Source of the DNA: an uncultured Pseudomonadota bacterium
GTDB lineage: Bacteria > BMS3Abin14
Assembly: GCA_964454175.1 (NCBI GenBank)
Contig: CAYVSA010000038.1
Span: forward strand, 3,705 to 18,982
Length of the DNA: 15,278 bases
Reading direction: 5' to 3'
The notes below the pieces were generated by a model that was not told the origin of the DNA, did not search any database, and worked only from the letters and a program-made list of their open reading frames with translations. This document shows, piece by piece, positions 1 through 7,177 of the stretch. Position 1 is the stretch's first letter; each line of letters starts with the position of its first letter. The position numbers and the translations under genes were made by a program.

Positions 1-85
1 TCTTGGGACTTGGGCCCTGGGACAGCCGGGTCTTGGGACTTGGGCCCTGGGACAGCCGGGTCTTGGGACTTGGGCCCTGGGACAG
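1..85. repeat. Perfect 30-bp tandem repeat (TCTTGGGACTTGGGCCCTGGGACAGCCGGG), about 2.8 copies visible, cut by the window edge
   Basis: 1-30 = 31-60 exactly; 61-85 = first 25 nt of the unit; no spacers between units. Internal sub-structure CTTGGGA/CTTGGGC/CCTGGGA/CAGCCGGGT. Confidence 0.97.
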
Positions 86-86
86 T

Positions 87-110
87 AGTACGCCCTCAGT
101 CCGGCGTACT
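87..110. other. 8-bp inverted repeat (hairpin) spanning the stop codon of the response regulator
   Basis: AGTACGCC (87-94) / GGCGTACT (103-110) with an 8-nt loop containing the minus-strand TGA (96-98). No U-tract on the minus strand. Confidence 0.5.
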
Positions 111-671
111 TTGGCCCAGCACCATCTGAATGCGCTCGAACGCGACGGATGGGTCGAGGCTTTTATCCAGGAACCCTGCGGCGCCCATATTCTTAACTAT
201 CTGAATATCGTCATGGCTGTCGTGTACACCCGTCATTACAATAACGGGTGGATAGGGCTTCCCAGAATTCTTGAGGGTTTCCAGGACACCGAAGCCTGAT
301 ACGCGCGGCATCTGGAGGTCCAGAAGTATGAGCTGATACTTATCGGGAGCGGCGTTGAAAAACTCCAGGGCTTCCTGGCCGTCTTCAGCAGTTTTCACCC
401 TGAATCCGTGGTTGATCAGGAGGTCGGACATCAAGGCTCTGAAGAATTCGGTGTCATCTGCAAGGAGAATGTATCGATCGTCAGCAGGGGCCGCGACAGG
501 CTGTGCAGCCGCTGCGGTCTCCTTCATCCTGCCGTAATTTCTCCACCCTTCCGGCAGGTTCACGGAGATCTTGGACTGACATCCGCTGCACTGGATACGA
601 AATCCCTGGTTCGGTATCCTGACTGGGTCAAATACATACTCTTTTGAGCAAAGTGGGCATATAAGTCGCAT
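96..671 (-). CDS. Response regulator with N-terminal zinc-ribbon (MJ0042-like) domain and C-terminal receiver domain
   Basis: MRLICPLC...IQCSGC (two CxxC), Ala/Pro linker, then REC motifs LADD, LILLDLQMP (phospho-Asp), VMTG, FLDKS. Start 671 preferred over 701 because it begins directly at the zinc ribbon and lies downstream of the predicted promoter (711-682). Confidence 0.88.
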   Translation of the reverse strand: MRLICPLCSKEYVFDPVRIPNQGFRIQCSGCQSKISVNLPEGWRNYGRMKETAAAAQPVAAPADDRYILLADDTEFFRALMSDLLINHGFRVKTAEDGQEALEFFNAAPDKYQLILLDLQMPRVSGFGVLETLKNSGKPYPPVIVMTGVHDSHDDIQIVKNMGAAGFLDKSLDPSVAFERIQMVLGQSTPD

Positions 672-681
672 GATTTTGTGA

Positions 682-711
682 AAAGTAGCAGGAAGTGCCA
701 TACTGTGTCAA
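682..711 (-). promoter_or_regulatory. Putative sigma70 promoter for the response regulator
   Basis: Minus strand: TTGACA (711-706), 18-nt spacer, extended TG-c-TACTTT (-10 at 687-682). Confidence 0.55.
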
Positions 712-737
712 TTCAAATGGGACAGCGATGTCCATAA

Positions 738-767
738 TTGACAGCCTCAAGCTGTATAGCTTAGACT
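738..767 (+). promoter_or_regulatory. Putative sigma70 promoter for the surA-like/queD genes
   Basis: TTGACA (738-743), 18-nt spacer, TAGACT (762-767). Confidence 0.55.
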
Positions 768-776
768 TCCAGCATT

Positions 777-1475
777 ATGTTTAATCAAATAACCCGCAAA
801 ACTATCGTCTTTCTGCCAGCACTTCTCGGGGTGCTTGTACTCGTGTCAAGTCTGGGTATATGTTCTACAAATGCACTCGCAATACATAGGCAGTATCCTG
901 ATTGGGTTGAGATTGACAGAATTGTTGCCACGGTTAATGCCAATCCGGTTGTGCTGAGCGAAATAATGATGGAGTATGAATTTGGGCTGCTTTCTACTTC
1001 GGATGGAGAGGCAAAGAGCATTGACGACCTTATTGAGCCATACATCAACAGGCTTCTCATCCTGGAGGAGATCAGCGAAGTCGGCGGTTTCAGGGTCTCT
1101 AAACTCCAGGTTCAGGGTGCTTTCAGGGCCTACATGACGCGTTTCGGGGGGAAAAAGGGCTTTGAAAAAAAAGCAGCTGAATGGGGCACCGATGCCGCTG
1201 AGATCAAAAGGCGCCTGTCACGCGCCCTCACCGCTTCTCTTTATACAGAGAGCAGGATCCAGTTCTTTGTGAACATACTGCCATCGGACGTGGAGGAGGC
1301 CTATGCAAAGGAGCCCGAGAGGTGGGGCGACGGTACTCTTTTTGCCCTCTGGAACCACATCAAGGAAACTCTGCAGCAGGAGGCCTTTGTCAGGGAGAGG
1401 GACCGATGGTTTGCCAGCCTGAGGGAACGATATGATCTGAGAATGGCCAACGGTGACAACGGCGGGTCGCGATGA
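777..1475 (+). CDS. SurA N-terminal-domain-like exported chaperone (no recognisable PPIase domain)
   Basis: N-terminal signal/hydrophobic segment, then EIDRIVATVNANPVVLSEI typical of SurA_N/PrsA, helical body, C-terminal W..SLRERY. Stop overlaps queD start (ATGA). Confidence 0.65.
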   Translation: MFNQITRKTIVFLPALLGVLVLVSSLGICSTNALAIHRQYPDWVEIDRIVATVNANPVVLSEIMMEYEFGLLSTSDGEAKSIDDLIEPYINRLLILEEISEVGGFRVSKLQVQGAFRAYMTRFGGKKGFEKKAAEWGTDAAEIKRRLSRALTASLYTESRIQFFVNILPSDVEEAYAKEPERWGDGTLFALWNHIKETLQQEAFVRERDRWFASLRERYDLRMANGDNGGSR

Positions 1476-1864
1476 AATTCCGTTTGACCGTGCATGGCGT
1501 TTTTGCAGCAGCCCACAGGCTGGTTGGAAGCGGCGGGCGCTGCGAAAATCTCCACGGACATAATTTCAAGGTCGAGCTGGTCGTAGGCGGGAACAGGCTT
1601 AACGATAAAGGAATGCTGATCGATTTTTCCGATCTCAAGGTTGTACTGGGCGGGATCCTCAAGGATCTGGATCACAGGGACCTGAACACCCTGGACCAGT
1701 TTTCCAATAATAGCCCGTCCTCTGAAAATATTGCTGAATATATATTGTCACGCGCTGCCAGGGAGCTGGATGGAATGGGGGCGACGGTACTTTCCGTTAA
1801 AGTGGCAGAGTCCGATACAGCGTCGGCTGAGGTCTATGCCGGTCCCGGATTTCAGGGTACCTGA
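1472..1864 (+). CDS. queD: 6-carboxy-5,6,7,8-tetrahydropterin synthase
   Basis: FAAAHRL, CENLHGHNF (catalytic Cys and Zn-binding His), IDFSDLK, LDHRDLN, PSSENIA, V.E motifs. Confidence 0.95.
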   Translation: MKFRLTVHGVFAAAHRLVGSGGRCENLHGHNFKVELVVGGNRLNDKGMLIDFSDLKVVLGGILKDLDHRDLNTLDQFSNNSPSSENIAEYILSRAARELDGMGATVLSVKVAESDTASAEVYAGPGFQGT

Positions 1865-1886
1865 ACAGGCAGGGGCAGATCACACA

Positions 1887-1934
1887 GGTTTTTCAACAGC
1901 TGCAGGCAATTGAGTTGACAGCTGTCGAACAGCC
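1887..1934. other. Imperfect intergenic inverted repeat / stem-loop
   Basis: GGTTTTTCAACAGCTG (1887-1902) pairs with CAGCTGTCGAACAGCC (1919-1934): 14 of 16 positions including one G-U. Confidence 0.5.
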
Positions 1935-1951
1935 GGAAAGGTATTGGGGAC

Positions 1952-2701
1952 ATGGAAATTATTGACGGACACGTGCACATCGGCAGGAGTCACCTCCCGC
2001 TGGAACAGGTAAATGAGGTTCTTGCGAAAGCGGGTGCTGACAGGGCGGTGGTGTTCGCCGACCCTGAAAGCTCGAATATCCCGGACGACAATAACTATGT
2101 CCTCGAAGTGATCGGCAAGAGTGATCACATTCCATATTTTTACATAGGAGGAAATGCCTACAGCACGAGTCGGCCGTTCCCGGAACTCCCGGACCCGAAA
2201 ATCCTTGAGCCCTATAAGGGCATCAAATGGCACTGCTGGTTCACACCGGGGCATGATTTCGGCGGTACCCGGCTTGGAATGAGCGAAGAGCAGATCGAAC
2301 ACAGCCTCACGGAGCCGAGGATGGCCGCCCTCATGGGCAGAGTCCGGGAGATGGGCATACCGGTTAATTTCGAAGAGCATTTCGATATAACGGTCAGGTT
2401 CGTGGAACTCTATCCAGAGGTTAATGTCATCATACCCCACATGGGTGGTTTAAATGGAGGGACAGAGAGGATACTCAGTGCTCTGAGGTTTAAGGAGAAC
2501 GTTTTCTACGATATAAGCCTGGCTGGCCTGTCACCCGAGATGGTGAGCAGTATGGGCGCTGAAAAATTTATCTGTGGGTCGGATTATCCCTATGGCAGCC
2601 CGGCATGGACCATTGATCGTCTTCGGAACATGAGAATCTCTGATGACAACAAAAGAGCTATCTTTGCTGGAAACGTGCTCAGGCTCTCGGGCCTGGAGTG
2701 A
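1952..2701 (+). CDS. Amidohydrolase superfamily protein (Amidohydro_2-like TIM-barrel metallohydrolase)
   Basis: IIDGHVHIG (HxH), GIKWH, IIPHMGG, CGSDYPY, IFAGNVLRL; SD-like GGGGA immediately upstream. Confidence 0.85.
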   Translation: MEIIDGHVHIGRSHLPLEQVNEVLAKAGADRAVVFADPESSNIPDDNNYVLEVIGKSDHIPYFYIGGNAYSTSRPFPELPDPKILEPYKGIKWHCWFTPGHDFGGTRLGMSEEQIEHSLTEPRMAALMGRVREMGIPVNFEEHFDITVRFVELYPEVNVIIPHMGGLNGGTERILSALRFKENVFYDISLAGLSPEMVSSMGAEKFICGSDYPYGSPAWTIDRLRNMRISDDNKRAIFAGNVLRLSGLE

Positions 2702-2717
2702 TAGTTAACATATCTTT

Positions 2718-2801
2718 GACCAGGATCCAGGATCCAAAGTCAGTCAGATTTATATATTATACTTGCTCCGGATCTTGACATTGGACATTGAACGCTGGAC
2801 T
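2718..2801. repeat. Inverted pair of degenerate heptamer arrays around an AT-rich core
   Basis: Left: CCAGGAT CCAGGAT CCAAAGT (2720-2740). Right: CTTGACA TTGGACA TTGAACG CTGGACT (2774-2801). Reverse complement of 2718-2741 matches 2777-2800 at 16/24. Confidence 0.6.
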
Positions 2802-2823
2802 GCACCAGGACAAAGGAGACACG

Positions 2824-3897
2824 ATGAGAAAAGAGTCGCTGCAGTTCCTCAAAGATCTTGCCGAGGCACCCGGTCCTTCTGGATTTGAAGGGCCGGTTCA
2901 GGAAGTATGGGTCAAAAGGACCAAGCCCTTCGCCGACGAGGTGCGGGTGGACGTTCACGGGAATGCCATAGCATCCCTGAATCCCAAAGGTGGGCCCAGA
3001 GTCATGATAGCAGGTCACTGCGATGAGATCGGGTTCATGGTTAAGTACGTATCTGACGATGGCTTTATCTCTTTTTCGCCCATCGGAGGTATAGATATTC
3101 ATCTTGTACCTGCCAGAAGGGTGATAATTCACACCAGAGCCGGAAAGGTGCCGGGAGTCATCGGGAGGAAACCGATCCATCTGATGGAGCCGGCTGCCAG
3201 GACAAATCAGAAGCTTGATTGGCACAGCCAGTGGATCGACATCGGCGCGAAAGACCGCAAAGAGGCTGAAAAAATGGTGTCTTTAGGAGACCCAATTACA
3301 TATCCTGATGGCTTCTGGCCCCTGGCAGGCGACAGGGTTGCCGGACGCGGATTCGACGACAAGATGGGCAGCTTTGTGGTTTCAGAGGTGGTTCGTCTTC
3401 TTTCTAAAAAAAATATCAGGGCTTCCCTGTTCGCCGTCTCAACCGTCCAGGAAGAGTTAGGTTTAAGAGGAGCGACCACGAGTGCTTACGGGATCGACCC
3501 TGACGTGGGGATAGCTGTTGACGTTACTTTCTGTTCCGACCATCCAGAGGTGGACAAAAAGCAGCTGGGTGAGATAGGCTTGGGGAAGGGCCCCGTAATT
3601 GCCAGAGGGGCCAATATCAACCCCAGGGTATTCGAGGGTCTTCTCAAGGCTGCCAGGAAAATGAAGATCGATGTCCAGGTCGAGCCGTCTCCCCGTGCGA
3701 CCGGTACCGATGCCAACGTCATGCAGGTAACCCGAGGCGGTGTCGCCGCAGCCCTGGTCAGCGTTCCCAACAGGTACATGCATACGCCTGTTGAGGTTGT
3801 ATCTCTGCAGGATCTTGAGGAAACTGCCAGTCTGCTTGCGGCATACATCGAGTCTCTGAAGCCTGGCGATGACTTTACACCCTTTACTGTAAAGTGA
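2824..3897 (+). CDS. M42 family (TET-like) metallo-aminopeptidase
   Basis: GPSGFE, GHCDEIG, FDDKMG, QEELGLRGA, AVDVT, GTDA, RYMHTPVE. Start moved to ATG 2824 (AAGGAG SD at 2813-2818). Confidence 0.95.
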   Translation: MRKESLQFLKDLAEAPGPSGFEGPVQEVWVKRTKPFADEVRVDVHGNAIASLNPKGGPRVMIAGHCDEIGFMVKYVSDDGFISFSPIGGIDIHLVPARRVIIHTRAGKVPGVIGRKPIHLMEPAARTNQKLDWHSQWIDIGAKDRKEAEKMVSLGDPITYPDGFWPLAGDRVAGRGFDDKMGSFVVSEVVRLLSKKNIRASLFAVSTVQEELGLRGATTSAYGIDPDVGIAVDVTFCSDHPEVDKKQLGEIGLGKGPVIARGANINPRVFEGLLKAARKMKIDVQVEPSPRATGTDANVMQVTRGGVAAALVSVPNRYMHTPVEVVSLQDLEETASLLAAYIESLKPGDDFTPFTVK

Positions 3898-4442
3898 GGA
3901 TTATTTCAGGGTCGGCCAGAGGCAGATCCTTAAAGAGTCCCGCGGGGCTAACCGTCAGACCCACATCTGACAGGGTCAGAGAAGCCCTTTTTTCCATCCT
4001 GGCTGACAGAGTTGCCGGGGCGGGGGTGCTCGATTTGTTTGCAGGGACCGGTTCTCTGGGTCTGGAGGCCCTGAGCCGGGGTTCCAGTTGGGCAGTGTTC
4101 GTGGACAGGAAGCCGGCAGCGATTAAATGTATCAGACAGAATGTTGAATTGTGCGGCTTCACCGACAGGGCGAAGGTGGTTTCCGCCCCGGTGGTACCAT
4201 ACATCAGGACGAAGGGGCCCCCCGACGGGGTTGGCCTGGTATTCGTCGATCCGCCCTATTTTTCGGACGAAGGAACTAATACCTTGATGGCAATTTCCAA
4301 ACGTGCTAAATCCCTCTCGGAATGCCTTGTCGTTTATGAGCATTCACCTGGTAACCCGCCGGATAAAGTACCGGATCAAATGGAGATCCAGGACAGCAGA
4401 ACTTACGGTGATACAGCGTTGACGTTCCTTCAGGTACTGTAG
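3894..4442 (+). CDS. rsmD: 16S rRNA (guanine966-N2)-methyltransferase
   Basis: RIISGSARGRSL, RPTSDRVREALF, VLDLFAGTGSLGLEALSRG, DPPY; GTG start overlapping the upstream TGA; conserved adjacency to coaD. Confidence 0.95.
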   Translation: MRIISGSARGRSLKSPAGLTVRPTSDRVREALFSILADRVAGAGVLDLFAGTGSLGLEALSRGSSWAVFVDRKPAAIKCIRQNVELCGFTDRAKVVSAPVVPYIRTKGPPDGVGLVFVDPPYFSDEGTNTLMAISKRAKSLSECLVVYEHSPGNPPDKVPDQMEIQDSRTYGDTALTFLQVL

Positions 4443-4449
4443 AGCAAAA

Positions 4450-4529
4450 TTCCAGGTTTCAAGTTTCAGGTTCCAGGTAAATCAATACCCTTGAAATGTA
4501 GCTTGGAACATGAAACCAGGAACCTGATA
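4450..4529. repeat. Inverted pair of 4x heptamer arrays between rsmD and coaD
   Basis: Left: TTCCAGG TTTCAAG TTTCAGG TTCCAGG (4450-4477). Right: CTTGGAA CATGAAA CCAGGAA CCTGATA (4502-4529). Arms are reverse complements at 21/28; an extra CTTGAAA unit lies at 4490-4496. Confidence 0.8.
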
Positions 4530-4552
4530 CACTTATTGATCAGGAGGTTGAA

Positions 4553-5035
4553 GTGGAAAAGATGGCAATCTATCCCGGAACCTTTGACCCCATCACCAAC
4601 GGTCATGCAGACCTTATCCTGAGGGCGACAGCAATATTTGATCGAGTTCACGTACTGGTGGCCGCCTCAACGAAAAAAAAGCCAATGTTCAACGCCGGCG
4701 AACGGCTCCAGATGGTCGAGGATGCTGTAAAAGGTCTCGATGGAGTAGTTGTTGAGATCTTCGACGGGCTCCTTGTCCAGGTAGTAAAAGAGCTGTCTGC
4801 AAATATCATCATCAGGGGGCTCAGGGCTGTCAGTGATTTTGAGTACGAATCCCAGATGGCTCTCATGAACAAGCGGCTTCGGCCGGAAGTGGAAACCTTT
4901 TTTATGATAAGCAAGGAAGAGTATGCTTACGTCAGCTCCAGCTTCGTTAAGGAGATAGCAGGTCTGGGGGGCGATGTAGACAGCATGGTCGCGCCAAAAG
5001 TGGCCTCCATGCTCAAGGCAAGGTTCAAGTCATAA
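4553..5035 (+). CDS. coaD: Phosphopantetheine adenylyltransferase
   Basis: IYPGTFDPITNGH, RGLRAVSDFEYE, VSSSFVKEIA; GTG start with AGGAGG SD at 4541-4546. Confidence 0.97.
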   Translation: MEKMAIYPGTFDPITNGHADLILRATAIFDRVHVLVAASTKKKPMFNAGERLQMVEDAVKGLDGVVVEIFDGLLVQVVKELSANIIIRGLRAVSDFEYESQMALMNKRLRPEVETFFMISKEEYAYVSSSFVKEIAGLGGDVDSMVAPKVASMLKARFKS

Positions 5036-5207
5036 TAATTTGCAGCGGCTCTGACTGGCAAAACGGCGACCGCACTTTTTCAGACAGGGGAGCTTTTACT
5101 CAAATACCACCAGGTTTGCCCCGGATCCGGACCTGTTCTGGATGTGATCAGGGGAACAGCGCAGACCCGGGCATGCAGCCGAAACTCAAAAAGCAGGGGG
5201 AATAGAC

Positions 5208-6398
5208 ATGCAGCTAGCAAGAAGAGTAACTCAGATCAAACCATCACCGACTCTTGCCATTACCGCAAAAGCGAAGCAGATGAAGGCAGAGGGGCTCGAT
5301 GTGGTTGGATTCGGTGCAGGAGAACCTGATTTTGACACTCCTGAAAATATCAAGCAGGCGGCAATAAAATCCCTTAACGAGGGATTTACCAAATACACAC
5401 CGGTGCCTGGTACCAACGAAGCTAAAGACGCCATCATTGCCAAGCTCAAGAGGGACCAGGGCCTGGACTACGAAAGGTCCCAGGTGGTTATTTCCTGTGG
5501 AGCCAAGCATACGCTCTACAACATCGCCCAGGCTCTTTTCCAGGAGGGCGACGAAGTCCTGATACCTTCGCCCTACTGGGTATCCTATCCTGCCCAGGTG
5601 ATCCTGGCCGGCGCCGAACCTGTGATCGTTCAGACCTCACAGGAAAACGGTTTTACAGCTACAGTCAGCGAACTCGAGAATGCCTGCACTTCAAAGACAA
5701 AAGCCCTGATCTTGAACAGCCCCAGCAACCCGACGGGAGCAGGTTATACAAGGGGCCAGATGGAATCCATCGCCGAGTTCGCCAAAAGCAAGGGCCTGCT
5801 GGTCATTTCGGATGAGATATACGAGAAGCTGGTTTACGGGGATTTTGAATTCACCAGCATTGCCCAGCTGCCAGGGATGCAGGAGAGGACTGTTCTCGTC
5901 AACGGGCTGTCCAAAGCGTACTCCATGACCGGTTGGAGGCTCGGATACGCTGCCGGTTCAACGGAACTGGTGGCCGCAATGACAAAGATCCAGAGTCAGA
6001 GTACTTCAAACCCAACCTCGTTTGCCATGCCGGCGCTTGCCGAGGCCCTCAACGGTCCACAGGATTCGGTTGATGCCATGCTCGCCGAGTTTGACAAACG
6101 AAGAAAATATATTGTTGAGCGTCTCAACAGGATGGATGGAGTCAACTGCTTTGACCCGGTCGGGGCTTTTTACGTATTTCCCAATTTCGGTGAACTTCAC
6201 AAGAGGTCTTTTTCCGGCAGGAAAATCGGCGACTCGACAGGTTTTGCAGACTACCTTCTCAGTGAGGCTAAAGTAGCTGTTGTCCCGGGAGTGGCATTCG
6301 GAGACGATGAATTCGCAAGGCTTTCCTTTGCAACTTCAATGGAGAATATCGAAAAGGGGATTGACCGTATCGAAGCCGCGGTAGAAAGGTTGGAGTAG
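5208..6398 (+). CDS. aspC: PLP-dependent class I aminotransferase (aspartate aminotransferase-like)
   Basis: GEPDFDTP, NSPSNPTG, SDEIY, SKAYSMTGWRLGY (PLP Lys), VAVVPGVAFG, RLSFA; SD GGGGG upstream. Substrate is inferred. Confidence 0.88.
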   Translation: MQLARRVTQIKPSPTLAITAKAKQMKAEGLDVVGFGAGEPDFDTPENIKQAAIKSLNEGFTKYTPVPGTNEAKDAIIAKLKRDQGLDYERSQVVISCGAKHTLYNIAQALFQEGDEVLIPSPYWVSYPAQVILAGAEPVIVQTSQENGFTATVSELENACTSKTKALILNSPSNPTGAGYTRGQMESIAEFAKSKGLLVISDEIYEKLVYGDFEFTSIAQLPGMQERTVLVNGLSKAYSMTGWRLGYAAGSTELVAAMTKIQSQSTSNPTSFAMPALAEALNGPQDSVDAMLAEFDKRRKYIVERLNRMDGVNCFDPVGAFYVFPNFGELHKRSFSGRKIGDSTGFADYLLSEAKVAVVPGVAFGDDEFARLSFATSMENIEKGIDRIEAAVERLE

Positions 6399-6400
6399 TT

Positions 6401-7177
6401 ATGAAAATAGTGAGATTCGCGGCAGGAGAAGGCAAAGACGACTCCACCCTGTGGGGAGTTATTGAAGGCGAATCGGTAACTGCTCTTTCAGGTTCCCCTT
6501 TTGGGGGGATCGAGACCACTGACATGTCTTTTCCCATCAGCAAGGTCCGTCTTCTCAGCCCTGTCATCCCCGGAAAGATAGTAGCCATCGGGTACAATTA
6601 CATCGGCCACATCGAGGAAATGGGTGTGGAAATCCCCAAAGAGCCGCTCATTTTCCTGAAAGCGTCCAGTGCCGTGATAGGAGCCGGGGATGAGATAGTC
6701 AGGCCCCCGGAATCCGAAAGGGTGGATTTTGAAGGTGAGTTGGCTGTTGTCATTGGAACGCCCTGCAGGAGAGTTGCTTCGGCTGATGCAGACGAAGTTG
6801 TCTTTGGATACACGATCCTCAACGATGTGACAGCAAGAGATCTGCAGAGGAAGGACGTGCAGTTCTCTCGGGGCAAGAGTTTTGACACATTCAGCCCCAT
6901 CGGTCCCTGGATCGAGACTGATTTTGACCCCTCAGCCTCCAGCCTGTCTTCATCGGTCAACGGTGAGATCAGGCAGGAAGCAGCCATATCATCCATGGTG
7001 TTCTCACCGGCAGATCTTGTGTCATACGTCAGCCAGTCCATGACCCTCCACCCGGGAGATATAATAGCAACCGGTACCCCTTCCGGCGTGGGGCCCCTCG
7101 TGGAAGGCGACGAGGTCAGTATCTCGGTAGACGGCATCGGCGTTTTGACCAATCCGGTGCGGAACGAAACCCCTTGA
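6401..7177 (+). CDS. Fumarylacetoacetate hydrolase (FAH) family protein
   Basis: KIVAIGYNY..H, IFLK, DFEGEL, GYTILNDVTARD, KSFDTF.PIGP, PGDIIATGTPSGVG; GGAG SD at 6392-6395. Confidence 0.93.
   Translation: MKIVRFAAGEGKDDSTLWGVIEGESVTALSGSPFGGIETTDMSFPISKVRLLSPVIPGKIVAIGYNYIGHIEEMGVEIPKEPLIFLKASSAVIGAGDEIVRPPESERVDFEGELAVVIGTPCRRVASADADEVVFGYTILNDVTARDLQRKDVQFSRGKSFDTFSPIGPWIETDFDPSASSLSSSVNGEIRQEAAISSMVFSPADLVSYVSQSMTLHPGDIIATGTPSGVGPLVEGDEVSISVDGIGVLTNPVRNETP

Noticed and set aside
1-85. CRISPR array (30-bp repeats)
   Set aside because: Repeats are directly adjacent with no spacers, and no cas genes are in the window.
3-299. Plus-strand ORF with GLGPWDSRVL repeats
   Set aside because: It is a translation of the 30-bp repeat running antisense into the well-supported response regulator.
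2788-2823. TTG start at 2788 for the M42 peptidase
   Set aside because: It lies inside the heptamer array; ATG 2824 has a good SD and matches the family N-terminus.
5115-5140. SRP (4.5S) RNA-like CAGGTCCGGA on the minus strand
   Set aside because: The required GGAA tetraloop followed by GGAAGCAGC is absent; the sequence continues TCCGGGGC.
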